Both the position numbers and the translations under genes were made by a program. The notes under the pieces are model-generated. The model saw only the letters and a program-made list of their open reading frames with translations, did not search any database and was not told the origin of the DNA. 64,000 nucleotides of DNA from an uncultured Planctomycetia bacterium (GTDB lineage: Bacteria > Omnitrophota > Gorgyraeia > 2-02-FULL-51-18 > JAGOUK01): assembly GCA_964430735.1 (NCBI GenBank), contig CAYSFB010000009.1, positions 5,492 to 69,491 on the forward strand. The letters are read 5' to 3'. Positions within the stretch are counted from its first letter, which is position 1, and every line of letters starts with the position of its first letter. This document shows positions 39,616 to 49,100 of the stretch, piece after piece.

Positions 39616-39871
39616 CTCTGATTACGAAATGCCGATCGGAAAAATCACCCGGGTAAAAGATTTTTTACCCCCTCCGGGACAACTCGTGCGTCCTAACGAT
39701 AAGATTAAGATCACGATAGAGCTTGATCGGTCCAATGTGGAATTTTTCAAAGCTCAAGCCACGAAGTATCACACCAAGTATCAAAAAATGATTCGTGAGC
39801 TGTTAGATCAGTACGTGGCTCACAATGAACGGATTTCGAGGAGGCTCGCTTCCACTCGCGCCAGCCGGTGA
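39602..39871 (+). CDS. brnA: BrnA-family antitoxin
   Basis: Overlaps brnT by 14 nt; MKKRDSDYEMPIGKITR...KITIELDRSNVEFFKAQATKYHTKYQKMIRELLDQYV, typical BrnA C-terminal RHH-like region. Confidence 0.7.
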   Translation: MKKRDSDYEMPIGKITRVKDFLPPPGQLVRPNDKIKITIELDRSNVEFFKAQATKYHTKYQKMIRELLDQYVAHNERISRRLASTRASR

Positions 39872-39892
39872 GAATGCGGTGCAGCTGAAGTT

Positions 39893-40675
39893 TTAGCCGA
39901 TCCGGCTAGCGACTTCGGCGCGCATCGCGCGGAGTTCGGCGTCGGCGGGTTGGAGCGCAAGAGCGCGGTCAAAATCGGCGAGCGATTCCTGATTGCGGCC
40001 CAGTCGGGCGAGCAGGAAGGCACGGTTCGAGAGGGCGGGGGCCAGGGTCGGGGCGAGGGTGATCGCCTGAGAGTAATCGGCCAGGGCCGCGTCGGTAAAG
40101 CCCGCGTTATCGTTCGTGATTCCGCGGTCGTTGTGCGTGCAGGCGTCGGAAGGTTCGAGCGCGATCGCCCGGTTGTAATCGGCCAGCGCGCGGCCGAAGG
40201 AGTCCAGCGCGTCGTAGGCGGCAGCCCGAAGACGGTATGCTTCGGCGGATTCCGGGTTCGTCCGGATCGCGGCGGAGAACTCCCGGATCGCACGGGCTGT
40301 GAGGCCGTGAGCCAGGTACGATTCGCCCAGGCCCAGCCGCGACCGTTCGAGACTCGGATCCAGCTTGAGCGCCTTCACAAAATCAGCCGTCGCCCGGCCG
40401 TACCGGCCGAGCGCCTCATAAGCCAAACCCCGCATCTGCAGCGCCTCGGCGTCTTGAGGAGTTTGCTCAAGCCAGGCCCTGGTCATCCGCAGCTGGAGAA
40501 GCGCTTGGTTTGTGCTGAGCGTCGGTTTGGCCGCGCAGGCGGGGGACGGGGCCAGGGTCAAGATCGGGGCTTGGGGGAGGGCCGGGGTATTTGCCAGCAC
40601 CGCCCCGGGGAATTGCATCACGCACAGCGCCAACGCCAGGCCGGTGACAGTAAGTTTGCCGAATTTGCGGATCAT
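39893..40675 (-). CDS. Secreted tetratricopeptide-repeat (TPR) protein
   Basis: Signal peptide plus several 34-aa TPR-like repeats (AxxYxxRGxAYxxLG...A.ADFxxAL.L.P). Confidence 0.6.
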   Translation of the reverse strand: MIRKFGKLTVTGLALALCVMQFPGAVLANTPALPQAPILTLAPSPACAAKPTLSTNQALLQLRMTRAWLEQTPQDAEALQMRGLAYEALGRYGRATADFVKALKLDPSLERSRLGLGESYLAHGLTARAIREFSAAIRTNPESAEAYRLRAAAYDALDSFGRALADYNRAIALEPSDACTHNDRGITNDNAGFTDAALADYSQAITLAPTLAPALSNRAFLLARLGRNQESLADFDRALALQPADAELRAMRAEVASRIG

Positions 40676-40703
40676 GAACAGAGCCTCCTCGTGAATAAAA
40701 AAG

Positions 40704-41216
40704 TTACGCTTGAGCGCCGCGCCGGTGCAGGCGCTTGATCCAGGAGCTCAGAATCATCGAGAGCACGACCGACGCCATGAACCAGTAGATGCCCGCCAGC
40801 GGCTTGGCCTTGACCAGCCCGGAACTCTTGGTGACGATGATCATGAGCGCGACCACGAACACGTCCAGCATTGACCATTTGCCCGCCACTTCCAGCCATT
40901 CGATCGCCGTTTCCCGAACCCGCGCGGTCATGGGAACCAGCCAGAGCATCGACAAGGCGGTCAGCTTCAGGATCGGAAAAACGATCGAAAAAACGAAGAT
41001 GACCGCCGCCAAAAAATAATACCGCTCCTCATACAGCGTCCGGATCCCGGCCATGATCGAGAAAGAGGTTTTTTTGAAGACCAGCTCTTTCATCTCGATC
41101 GTCGGCAGGATGAGGCCCGCCGCCAGCGCACCGACCGCGAGGGCCAGGAGCGCATACACGCCCATATGACGGGGATGCGACTGAGCCAAAGAACTCGGGC
41201 TGCTGGAAAGGGTCAT
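40704..41216 (-). CDS. Paraquat-inducible protein A (PqiA)-like small membrane protein
   Basis: PqiA-family block AGIRTLYEERYYFLAAVIFVFSIVFPILKLTALSMLW...WSMLDVFVVALM. Confidence 0.55.
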   Translation of the reverse strand: MTLSSSPSSLAQSHPRHMGVYALLALAVGALAAGLILPTIEMKELVFKKTSFSIMAGIRTLYEERYYFLAAVIFVFSIVFPILKLTALSMLWLVPMTARVRETAIEWLEVAGKWSMLDVFVVALMIIVTKSSGLVKAKPLAGIYWFMASVVLSMILSSWIKRLHRRGAQA

Positions 41217-41239
41217 GAAGCGATTCTAGCTTGCGGGGG

Positions 41240-42700
41240 TCAGCGAATCAAGCGGTCGACGGCTTCCGCCGCCAGCGTGAGGACGGGGGCCGGGAAGACG
41301 CCGAGAACGACGATGCCGGCCATCGAGACGCAGAGGAAGAAGCGCTGGGAGAGGCTGACCGCCAATGCGGGTTCGCCTTCTGCCGCGACTGCGGGGCGGC
41401 CGTACACGGCCTTGATCACGCCGAAGTAATAGTAGATCGAAACGATCACGCTCAGGAGGCCGATGACGGCCAGCCAGATGAGGCCCGCGTCGACCGCGCA
41501 GGACAGGACGTAGAATTTGCCGAAGAAGCCGGCCAGGGGCGGGAGCCCGGCCAGGGAGCCCATGGCGACCAGCAGCGCCGCGGCCATGAGCGGCGAGCGG
41601 CGGCTCAGGCCTGCGTAGTCCTGGATTTTTTCGATGCCCAGCTGGGCGGAGATCCAGACGACGACGAGGAAGGCCGCCGCCGTGTTGAAGAGATAACCGG
41701 CGAGGTACACGAGCATGGCCGGACCGCCGCCGTGCGGAAGCGCTGCGAGGCCGATGAGCAGGTAGCCCGCATGGCTGATGGACGAGTAGGCGAGCAGGCG
41801 TTTGATGTTCTTCTGGTTCAGGGCGCCCAGATTGCCGTACAGGACGGTGGCCGCGGCCACGACGGCCAGGATGGGCAGCAGGAAGTCCTGGATCGGCGCA
41901 AAGACGGTCAGGAGCAGGCGCGTGAGCGCGGCGAAGCCGGTCGCCTTGGACGCCAGTGCCAGGAAGGCCGAGATGGGAGCGGGCGCGCCCTCGTACACGT
42001 CCGGAACCCAGATATGAAAGGGAAACGCCGCAATCTTGAAGAACATCGCGATGAGGACGAGCACCGCTCCGAAGACGAAGGCCGCCGGAGGCTGGGCTTG
42101 CGCCTGAACTGCCGCCACGATCGCGGGGAAGGCCGTCTGGCCGGTCGCGCCGTAGACGTAGCTGAGACCGAAGACGAGCAGCGCCGTGGACAGGGCTCCC
42201 AGCACGAGGTATTTGACGCCGGCTTCGATCGACCGCTCGTCGTCGCGCAGGTAGGCCGTGATGATGTAGAGCGAGACGGAGAGCGTTTCGAGCGCGACGA
42301 AGAACAGCAGGAATTCATTGGCTGAGGCCAGGATGCTCATGCCGGTGAGCGCCAGCAGGATGAGGACGACGAATTCCGACCGTCCGCGCTTGATCTTTTG
42401 GTCGTATTGTCCGGCCATGTGCAGGACGAAGATGCCGGATGTCAGGAACAGTGCCTTGAAGCAGAACGAAAGGCCGTCCTGGACGAAGCTGCCGCCGAAC
42501 GCGCTGCCGAACACGCCCCAGCTGGACGCGAGCAGGCCCAGAATGATGACGAGGCCGACCAGCGCGATCCGGGTGAGCGCCCGTCCGCGGTTCACCGAGG
42601 CGGGCAGCAGCATGTCCGCCAAAAGGCCGATGACCGCCAAGGCGCCCAGGCCGAGTTCCGTTTTGAAGAGACCGAGGGTGGTAAAAAGTTCAGCCGTCAT
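41240..42700 (-). CDS. nuoN: NADH-quinone oxidoreductase subunit N
   Basis: 486 aa, ~14 TM antiporter-like subunit; directly follows nuoM on the minus strand. Confidence 0.85.
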   Translation of the reverse strand: MTAELFTTLGLFKTELGLGALAVIGLLADMLLPASVNRGRALTRIALVGLVIILGLLASSWGVFGSAFGGSFVQDGLSFCFKALFLTSGIFVLHMAGQYDQKIKRGRSEFVVLILLALTGMSILASANEFLLFFVALETLSVSLYIITAYLRDDERSIEAGVKYLVLGALSTALLVFGLSYVYGATGQTAFPAIVAAVQAQAQPPAAFVFGAVLVLIAMFFKIAAFPFHIWVPDVYEGAPAPISAFLALASKATGFAALTRLLLTVFAPIQDFLLPILAVVAAATVLYGNLGALNQKNIKRLLAYSSISHAGYLLIGLAALPHGGGPAMLVYLAGYLFNTAAAFLVVVWISAQLGIEKIQDYAGLSRRSPLMAAALLVAMGSLAGLPPLAGFFGKFYVLSCAVDAGLIWLAVIGLLSVIVSIYYYFGVIKAVYGRPAVAAEGEPALAVSLSQRFFLCVSMAGIVVLGVFPAPVLTLAAEAVDRLIR

Positions 42701-44173
42701 TTATTGGTACCGCGCCAGAACGGCAGCCGTGCCGGACTGCACCGCCGCCAACAGGAGGTTGGGAAACACGCCGGCCGCGATCAGAACGGCCAGCAGGAAC
42801 AATAAAGGAAGTTTGTCGAGGCCGCGCGCGTCCCGGACGTCGGCGCAGGCGGCGTTGATCGGACCCTGGGTGACCGAGCGCACCATCTTGAGCATATAAC
42901 CGGCCGTGATGACCATGCCGGAGATCGCCGCGATCGTCGGCAGGGGGTAGCGGTCCCACGCGCCGAACAGCACCAGCACTTCGCCGACGAACGGCGCGAA
43001 GCCCGGCACGCTCGCCGATGCGAGCGCCGCCATCACAAACAGAGTCGCGATAAAAGGAACACTGCGTCCGATGCCGCCCCAGTCTTCGAGACGCGCCTTG
43101 CCGGTCTGATCCACGAGGTAGCCTACGACGGCGAAGCTGAGCGCCGCCAGGACGCCGTGGGCGAACATGTAGAGCACCGCGCCGTTCAGTCCGGCCGGCG
43201 TCAGCGCGGCCAATCCGAGGAGGATGAGGCTCAAGTGGCTGCAGCTGGAGTAGCCGAGCACCTGCCGCATGTCCTTTTGGGCAAACGCCGCCAAGCCGCA
43301 ATAAACGAGATTCGCCGCCGCGAGCGCCGCGAGCCAGGGCATCCAGAGCCGCGCGCCGTCGGGCATGAGCGTGATGGCGAGGCGGATGATGAGGAAGGCG
43401 CCGAGCTTTTTCACAATCCCCGCATGGAGCATGGAGACGGACGACGGGGCGGACGCATAACCGATCGGTGTCCAGGTGTGCAGCGGCCAGACGGTGAGGA
43501 TCAGCCCGAAGCCCAGGACCAGGACCGGGAAGGCCCATGTTTGGAACGCGGCGGGCAGCGGGTTCGCGTGCAGCGCCGATTCGATGGCGACGAAGTCAAA
43601 CGTTTGAAGCCCGGTCTGCCAGTACAGCCCCAGGATGGCGAAAAGCGCCAGCATCGCGCCCACGGTGAGCAGCACTGCCAGCTTCATGCTCGCGTAGCCC
43701 TTGTCGCCCGAGCCCCAAACCGCGATGAGCGGGAAGATCGGGATGAGCGCGCATTCGTAGAAGAAGTACATGAAGAAAATATTGAGCGATGACAGAACGC
43801 CGAAACAGCCCGCGATGAGCAGGAGGTAGAACACGAGGAATTCCTTGAGCCGGTCGGTCACCCGGTTGGCGACGCAGACGCCGGCGAGCGCGCAGACGCC
43901 GGCGAGCACGAGCAGAACCGCCGCGATACCGTCCACGCCGACGTGGTAGCTGATGCCGAGCTGGGGAATCCAGTCGAACTTTTGAACAAATTGATAGCCG
44001 CCGGCCGACCGGTCGTAGCGCACGAAGGCCGTCACGGCTGCGGCGAACGCGATTGCGGCGGAGGCGAGCGAGATGCTCTGAAGCAGGCGTCGGGCGCCTT
44101 TGGGAACGGCCAAAAGCAGCGCCGCGCCGGCGAGAGGAGCCAGGAGCGCGAGGGTGAGGATTCCGTCCGTCAT
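42701..44173 (-). CDS. nuoM: NADH-quinone oxidoreductase subunit M
   Basis: 490 aa Mrp antiporter-like subunit. Confidence 0.85.
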   Translation of the reverse strand: MTDGILTLALLAPLAGAALLLAVPKGARRLLQSISLASAAIAFAAAVTAFVRYDRSAGGYQFVQKFDWIPQLGISYHVGVDGIAAVLLVLAGVCALAGVCVANRVTDRLKEFLVFYLLLIAGCFGVLSSLNIFFMYFFYECALIPIFPLIAVWGSGDKGYASMKLAVLLTVGAMLALFAILGLYWQTGLQTFDFVAIESALHANPLPAAFQTWAFPVLVLGFGLILTVWPLHTWTPIGYASAPSSVSMLHAGIVKKLGAFLIIRLAITLMPDGARLWMPWLAALAAANLVYCGLAAFAQKDMRQVLGYSSCSHLSLILLGLAALTPAGLNGAVLYMFAHGVLAALSFAVVGYLVDQTGKARLEDWGGIGRSVPFIATLFVMAALASASVPGFAPFVGEVLVLFGAWDRYPLPTIAAISGMVITAGYMLKMVRSVTQGPINAACADVRDARGLDKLPLLFLLAVLIAAGVFPNLLLAAVQSGTAAVLARYQ

Positions 44174-46062
44174 CAGAAGCCCTTCACCGCGGTGTAGACG
44201 ATCATTCCGAGGAGACCCAGCGTGAAGACGAGGGCGTAGTTGGCGACACGGCCGGTTTGCAGACGGCTGACCACGGCGCCCGTTTCGCGCACGGCGTCGC
44301 CGGTGAAGTTGACCAGGCCCTTGATGAGCACGTTGTTGTCAAAGCGCGCCAGCAGACCGGCGACAAACGTTTGGAAAATGTTGCCAAGCGCTCCGAAGAG
44401 ATGGTCGAGGTAGTACTTTTGGACGAGGGTCCGGTAGAAGAAGCCGGGGAGTTTGGCGATCGGGTCCTGGGCGGTCTTGAGCCGCGCGTAGAGCAGCGTG
44501 CCGAGGCCGATGCCCGCGACCGCCGCCGCCGTGGCCAGGACGGGGACGATGTGTCCGCCCGCATGCCCGGAGTCCGCATGTTCTCCGGCCAGGAATTCTG
44601 GAATGCCGATGAAGCCGCCGATGATCGAAAAAACGGAGAGGACGAGGAGAGGCAGGAGCATCACGTAAGGCGCTTCATGCGTCTCCTGCGCGTGGCCGTG
44701 TCCGTGCTTTTTGGCGCGGTCGGCGCCCAGGACCGCGACCCAGACCAGCCGCGTCATGTAAAAAGCCGTGAGGAAGGCCGTCGCCCAGCCCGTCCAGAAG
44801 ATCACCGGGTGATGTCCGTACGCGAGCGCCAGGATCGCGTCCTTGGAAAAGAACCCGGCCAGCGGCCAGATCCCGCAGAGCGCGAGCATGCCGATCAGGA
44901 ACGTGACGGCGGTGACCGGCATTTTTTTGATCACGGAGCCCATTTCCCAGATGTTCTGGGTATGCAGTCCGTGGATGATGGCGCCGGCACCGAGGAAGAG
45001 AAGCGCCTTGAAGAACGCATGCGTCGTCAGATGGAACATGCCGGTCGCGGCGTTTCCGAGGCCGACGGCGACGGCCATGTAGCCCAGCTGGCTGACGGTG
45101 GAGTAGGCGAGGATTTTTTTAATATCGTTCTGAACGACCGCGAGACCCGCCGCGAGCACCGCGGTGATGCTGCCGATGACGGCGATGGTCTGCATCGCAT
45201 CGGGCGAAAGGCCGATGAGGAAGAACATGCGCGCCATGAGATAGATGCCCGCCGCGACCATCGTCGCCGCGTGGATGAGCGCGCTCACCGGCGTCGGGCC
45301 TTCCATCGCGTCCGGCAGCCAGACGTACAGGGGGAATTGAGCCGATTTGCCGGCGACGCCGCAAAAAATGAGGAGAACCGCGACCAGGAGCGCGCCCGGA
45401 AGGATGGCCCCGTCCACCAGCGCCTGCGGGATCACCGCTTCAAGCTCGTGGAAATTGAGCGTCCGCGCCGCGCCGGAGCCGGACAGTTTCCACAGAAGCA
45501 GGATGCCGGCGAGGAAGCCGAAGTCGGCGACGCGGTTCACGAGGAAGGCCTTGTTGCCGGCGTCGGCCGCCGAGGGCTTTTCGAACCAGAAGCTGATGAG
45601 GAGGTACGAGCTCACCGCGACGAGCTCCCAGAACACGAAGAGCATGAGGAAGTTGGTCGACACCACGATGCCGATCATCGAAAAAGCGAACAGCGACAGC
45701 GACGCAAAAAAGCGCGCAAAGCTCTTGTCGCCGTGCATGTAGCCGACCGAGTACAGGAAGATGCAGCTGCCGACGCCGGCGACGACCAGGAGCATCAGAA
45801 TGGAGAGCGGGTCGATCAGGAAGCCGAGCTGGACCGGCAGGGATCCGGCCTGGAACCAAAGGTAATTGACCTCGAGCGGAAGTTCGATCTTGTGCTGAAG
45901 CGAGCCGATGAAAAGGTTCGCGATGAGACCCAGCGACGTCAGGATGCCGCCGAGCGAAACGGCCGCGGCGATCTTGGGTGCCTTGAGCAAGAACAGCGTG
46001 ATCAGGACCGCGGAGGCGAGCGGCGCGAGCAGGATGATCCAGAGGTGGAGGGGATCTACCAT
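44173..46062 (-). CDS. nuoL: NADH-quinone oxidoreductase subunit L
   Basis: About 630 aa antiporter-like subunit with the long C-terminal horizontal helix. Start placed at MVDPLHLWIILLAPL (46062), overlapping the nuoK stop by 7 nt; the ORF track's longer extension is rejected. Confidence 0.85.
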   Translation of the reverse strand: MVDPLHLWIILLAPLASAVLITLFLLKAPKIAAAVSLGGILTSLGLIANLFIGSLQHKIELPLEVNYLWFQAGSLPVQLGFLIDPLSILMLLVVAGVGSCIFLYSVGYMHGDKSFARFFASLSLFAFSMIGIVVSTNFLMLFVFWELVAVSSYLLISFWFEKPSAADAGNKAFLVNRVADFGFLAGILLLWKLSGSGAARTLNFHELEAVIPQALVDGAILPGALLVAVLLIFCGVAGKSAQFPLYVWLPDAMEGPTPVSALIHAATMVAAGIYLMARMFFLIGLSPDAMQTIAVIGSITAVLAAGLAVVQNDIKKILAYSTVSQLGYMAVAVGLGNAATGMFHLTTHAFFKALLFLGAGAIIHGLHTQNIWEMGSVIKKMPVTAVTFLIGMLALCGIWPLAGFFSKDAILALAYGHHPVIFWTGWATAFLTAFYMTRLVWVAVLGADRAKKHGHGHAQETHEAPYVMLLPLLVLSVFSIIGGFIGIPEFLAGEHADSGHAGGHIVPVLATAAAVAGIGLGTLLYARLKTAQDPIAKLPGFFYRTLVQKYYLDHLFGALGNIFQTFVAGLLARFDNNVLIKGLVNFTGDAVRETGAVVSRLQTGRVANYALVFTLGLLGMIVYTAVKGF

Positions 46063-46391
46063 TTGAGCGTTTCCACGGATTCGGTCGAGACGGATTTTTT
46101 CTTGCGGAAGAGCAGGACGACGATCGCCAGGCCCACTGTGACTTCCGCCGCCGCGACGATCATCGTGAAGAACACCATGACTTGTCCCGTCAGGTTGCCC
46201 CAATAAGAGGAGAAGGCCACAAAAGAAAGGTTGGCGGCGTTCAGGATAAGCTCGATCGACAGAAGGATCATCAGGATGTTGCGCCGGGTCAGGAGACCAT
46301 AGAGGCCGATCGCGAACAGGACGGCCGAGACAGTCAGGTAATGGTGCAGCCCGACCTGGAGACAGGCGGCGTTGAGGGGGCAGGACGTCAT
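46056..46391 (-). CDS. nuoK: NADH-quinone oxidoreductase subunit K
   Basis: 111 aa, 3 TM; HYLTVSAVLFAIGLYGLLTRRNILMILLSIELILNAANL. Confidence 0.9.
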   Translation of the reverse strand: MTSCPLNAACLQVGLHHYLTVSAVLFAIGLYGLLTRRNILMILLSIELILNAANLSFVAFSSYWGNLTGQVMVFFTMIVAAAEVTVGLAIVVLLFRKKKSVSTESVETLKW

Positions 46392-46879
46392 TGGGAGTCC
46401 TTTTTGGCCAGCACGACGATGCTGGTCACCGCTGCGAGGATGAGCAGCGACGTCAGTTCAAAGGGAAGCGCGAACTTTTTAAACAGCTCAAGTCCGAGGT
46501 TTTCGGCGACGCCGTGAACGGCCGGCATCCGGGGGGCCTCGACGGCGCGGATCACCGGAACGACGGCCGCCAGGAACACGGCCCCCGCTCCGACGGCGGC
46601 CGTCTGGATCAGCCAGCCGCCGCCTTTGACGGCGTTCATCTGCTGGGTGTCCATGAGCATGACGATAAAGAGGAAGAGCACGAGGATGGCGCCGGCGTAG
46701 ACCATGACCTGAACCACCGCGACCAGGAAGGCGTTGAGGAGGACGAAGAGGCCGGCCGTGAAGCACATGACGAGGACGAGGCAAAGGACGCAATAAACCG
46801 CCGACCGCGACCGCACCACGCCGACCCCCGCGATCAGCGCCCCCAATGCAAAGATGTAGAAGAGAACATTCTCGAGCAT
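46388..46879 (-). CDS. nuoJ: NADH-quinone oxidoreductase subunit J
   Basis: 163 aa, 5 TM; position upstream of nuoK with ATGA overlap. Confidence 0.85.
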   Translation of the reverse strand: MLENVLFYIFALGALIAGVGVVRSRSAVYCVLCLVLVMCFTAGLFVLLNAFLVAVVQVMVYAGAILVLFLFIVMLMDTQQMNAVKGGGWLIQTAAVGAGAVFLAAVVPVIRAVEAPRMPAVHGVAENLGLELFKKFALPFELTSLLILAAVTSIVVLAKKDSQ

Positions 46880-46928
46880 CGTGTAGTCTTTAGAATTCTC
46901 TGGGGTGGACTGTGCAAAAACTTTTCAG

Positions 46929-47030
46929 TCTTCGGCAAAAAGGTCCCGGATGCGAGGCGCGACAAGCGCCGCGCACTCTACAGTGCGCAAGCGCGAAGCA
47001 ACGAAGCAGACGGGGCCTTTTTGCCGAAGA
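46929..47030 (-). ncRNA. Second copy of the ~100-nt structured hairpin element, in the 3' flank of tRNA-Ser(GGA) and the 5' leader of nuoJKLMN
   Basis: Reverse complement aligns to 8566..8665 (cttcggcaaaaaggccccgtctgcttcgttgcttcgcgcttgcgcactgtagagtgcgcgg...cgggacctttttgccgaag). Outer and inner stems retained with compensatory changes. Confidence 0.55.
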
Positions 47031-47031
47031 C

Positions 47032-47121
47032 TGGCGGAGAGACAGGGATTCGAACCCTGGAAACGGTTTCCCGTTTACACGCTTTCCAAGCGTGCTCCTT
47101 AAACCACTCGGACATCTCTCC
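47032..47121 (-). tRNA. tRNA-Ser (anticodon GGA)
   Basis: Reverse complement ggagagatgtccgagtggtttaaggagcacgcttGGAaagcgtg...ccctgtctctccgcca; long variable arm; paralogous to the tRNA-Ser at 8472. Confidence 0.9.
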
Positions 47122-47186
47122 AATAAAAGAATAGCGCTTAAAGAAGGGGTGATTTTAGCAGAAACAGGGGCTTGAGACCAGCCGGT

Positions 47187-47516
47187 TTATCGGGGTCTGG
47201 AGTTCTGGAAGTCCTGCCACTCGCGGAGACGGCGCTGGGCGTCGAGCGCGTCCCGCTCCCGCTCCAGCCGTTTCATCTGGACAAACTGGAACGCGCGGTT
47301 GCCGATCTCCTCCAATGCATCCGTATCGAGGCCGGCGACCGGAGTCGCGCCGAGGATGCGGGCGGCCTCGTCCGGATCTTCGTCCAGGGCGTCCTGAATA
47401 TTCTGAAGGGCTTCCTGCCGCCGCTCGTCTGAAGCTTCGTCACCGGCCATCGCGCGGCCGGGCAGGCATGAGACAAGCGCCAGCAAAATCCAAAAGGGGA
47501 GAGGCCGGTTTTTCAT
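47187..47516 (-). CDS. Small secreted acidic protein (109 aa), hypothetical
   Basis: Signal peptide MKNRPLPFWILLALVSCLPGRAMA, then a charged low-complexity region. The ORF track's N-extension overlapping the upstream gene is rejected. Confidence 0.4.
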   Translation of the reverse strand: MKNRPLPFWILLALVSCLPGRAMAGDEASDERRQEALQNIQDALDEDPDEAARILGATPVAGLDTDALEEIGNRAFQFVQMKRLERERDALDAQRRLREWQDFQNSRPR

Positions 47517-47526
47517 CAGGACTATT

Positions 47527-48369
47527 CTACACCCTTTTGATCCGGACCCGCGTCTGAAGGGCGGACTGCGCGGAGCCTCGGAAGCTGCCGATGACCGGGG
47601 AGACCTGTTCAGGGGCATAAGCTGCCGCAATGGCCGCATAGCTGTCCGTGACGGCCAGGCCCGAGGTGGGATCGAACCCGCGCCAGCCCCCGCCTTCGAC
47701 ATAAACTTCGGCCCATGCGTGGAGTTCGTTTTCGGGCGTTCCTGGATCCCCCTCAAAATAACCGCTGACAAACCGGGCGGCCAGCCCCTGGGCCCGGCAG
47801 CACTCCATGAAGAATACCGTCAGGTCCCGGCAGGCCCCGCGCCGGTCTTCGAGGACCTTCAAAGCCGTCCAGGGCGCCCCGTCCGCGCGGTGGATGACCT
47901 GAAAAGCGGCGGCAATCGACCGGCACAGCTCCGGAAGAAACGCGATGACGGACGGACCGGTCCGCGCCGCGATCTCTTGTGAAAAAGCCGCGACCTGCGG
48001 AGCGATGACGCTCAGCCCTTCGAGGTAAGGCCTGAGAACGGCCGCGGTGGTCGCGGCGTAGGGGGTCTGAAGCTTGGAAAAAGCCGGATCCGCTGCGTAA
48101 TCAAAGGGATTGGACCGGTCGATGTCGATCCGACTGACCGCGCAGATCCGCAGCGAAGTCGCTCCTCCGCCGAACCAGACCCGGACCGCGTCATTGTCCA
48201 GCGGATCGATGATATCGGCGCGGAGCCTCGGAGCCGGGTCGACGAGAAGATCAAACGCGAGCAGCTTTTGGCTGCGGTTCTCGCGCGGCTTCAGATAAAG
48301 CGTGTGAGGTTCGAGGGAAACGGGCTGGGAATAGCGATATTCGAGTTCGTGCCGGATCTCAAGCCGCAT
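47527..48369 (-). CDS. Transglutaminase-like cysteine peptidase family protein
   Basis: Cys-His-Asp core: GACRDLTVFFMECCRAQGLAARFVSGY...HAWAEVYVEGGGWRGFDPT. Confidence 0.75.
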   Translation of the reverse strand: MRLEIRHELEYRYSQPVSLEPHTLYLKPRENRSQKLLAFDLLVDPAPRLRADIIDPLDNDAVRVWFGGGATSLRICAVSRIDIDRSNPFDYAADPAFSKLQTPYAATTAAVLRPYLEGLSVIAPQVAAFSQEIAARTGPSVIAFLPELCRSIAAAFQVIHRADGAPWTALKVLEDRRGACRDLTVFFMECCRAQGLAARFVSGYFEGDPGTPENELHAWAEVYVEGGGWRGFDPTSGLAVTDSYAAIAAAYAPEQVSPVIGSFRGSAQSALQTRVRIKRV

Positions 48370-49093
48370 GCGGAGGGAGCTTGTCGAGGACTTTGTTCAT
48401 CCATCCGCCCGGCAGACGCGGGACGGCCTCGCGAATGAGCTTCTGCCATTGGACGGAGAGGTCCTGGATCTCTTCTTTTTCGTAGCGTTCTTCGACGAGT
48501 TTGTAACTGTTGTTCCGGTACGCGACCACGTCGATCGGATAGTCGACGTCGACGGCGCAGGTGATGGTCGCGTTGAACGCGAGGAAGCCGACCTTGAGCG
48601 CGAAGCCGAGATCGGACGAATATTGGATGGTGCGTTCGAGGATGGGTTTGCCGTAGCCGGATTCGCCGATGATGCAGAACGGAGTCGACTCGCCGATCTC
48701 GACCCAATTGCCGGCTGGATAAATCATATAGAGCCGATGCTCGGTGTCGGATTCGAGCTGCCCGCCGACGAGCGCGTGCAGATTGAAGGAAAGACCCGCC
48801 GCTTCGAGCGCTTCGCGGTCTTCGACCGCCACGCGCCGGATCTGGGAGGCGAACGCGTTGACGGCCTTGTACAGATGCGAATAACCGTCGCTCTCCTGGA
48901 CCACTTCCTCAAAATACGTGAGCGCCTTGTCGCGCGCCGCCCGCAGGCCCGACGTCATCACGAAAAACGAATGCTTGCCGTGCTGGTGAACGCTCACTTT
49001 TTTGGCGGTGATGCGTTCGGTTCCCGATGTGATCCGCGTATCCGCGATGCCGATCAGGCCTTCCTTGGTCTTCATGCCCAGGCAAAAAGTCAT
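48359..49093 (-). CDS. Anbu (ancestral beta-subunit) proteasome-like Ntn-hydrolase
   Basis: 244 aa; N-terminus MTFCLGMKTKEGLIGIADTRITSG typical of Anbu; genomic context of ATP-grasp/alpha-E/transglutaminase. Confidence 0.65.
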   Translation of the reverse strand: MTFCLGMKTKEGLIGIADTRITSGTERITAKKVSVHQHGKHSFFVMTSGLRAARDKALTYFEEVVQESDGYSHLYKAVNAFASQIRRVAVEDREALEAAGLSFNLHALVGGQLESDTEHRLYMIYPAGNWVEIGESTPFCIIGESGYGKPILERTIQYSSDLGFALKVGFLAFNATITCAVDVDYPIDVVAYRNNSYKLVEERYEKEEIQDLSVQWQKLIREAVPRLPGGWMNKVLDKLPPHAA

Positions 49094-49100
49094 TTTTTCC

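Noticed and set aside
41231-42325. 364-aa + strand ORF (41231..42325) overlapping nuoN
   Set aside because: The translation is an Asp/Glu/Arg/Gly low-complexity string antisense to a 14-TM NuoN; spurious.
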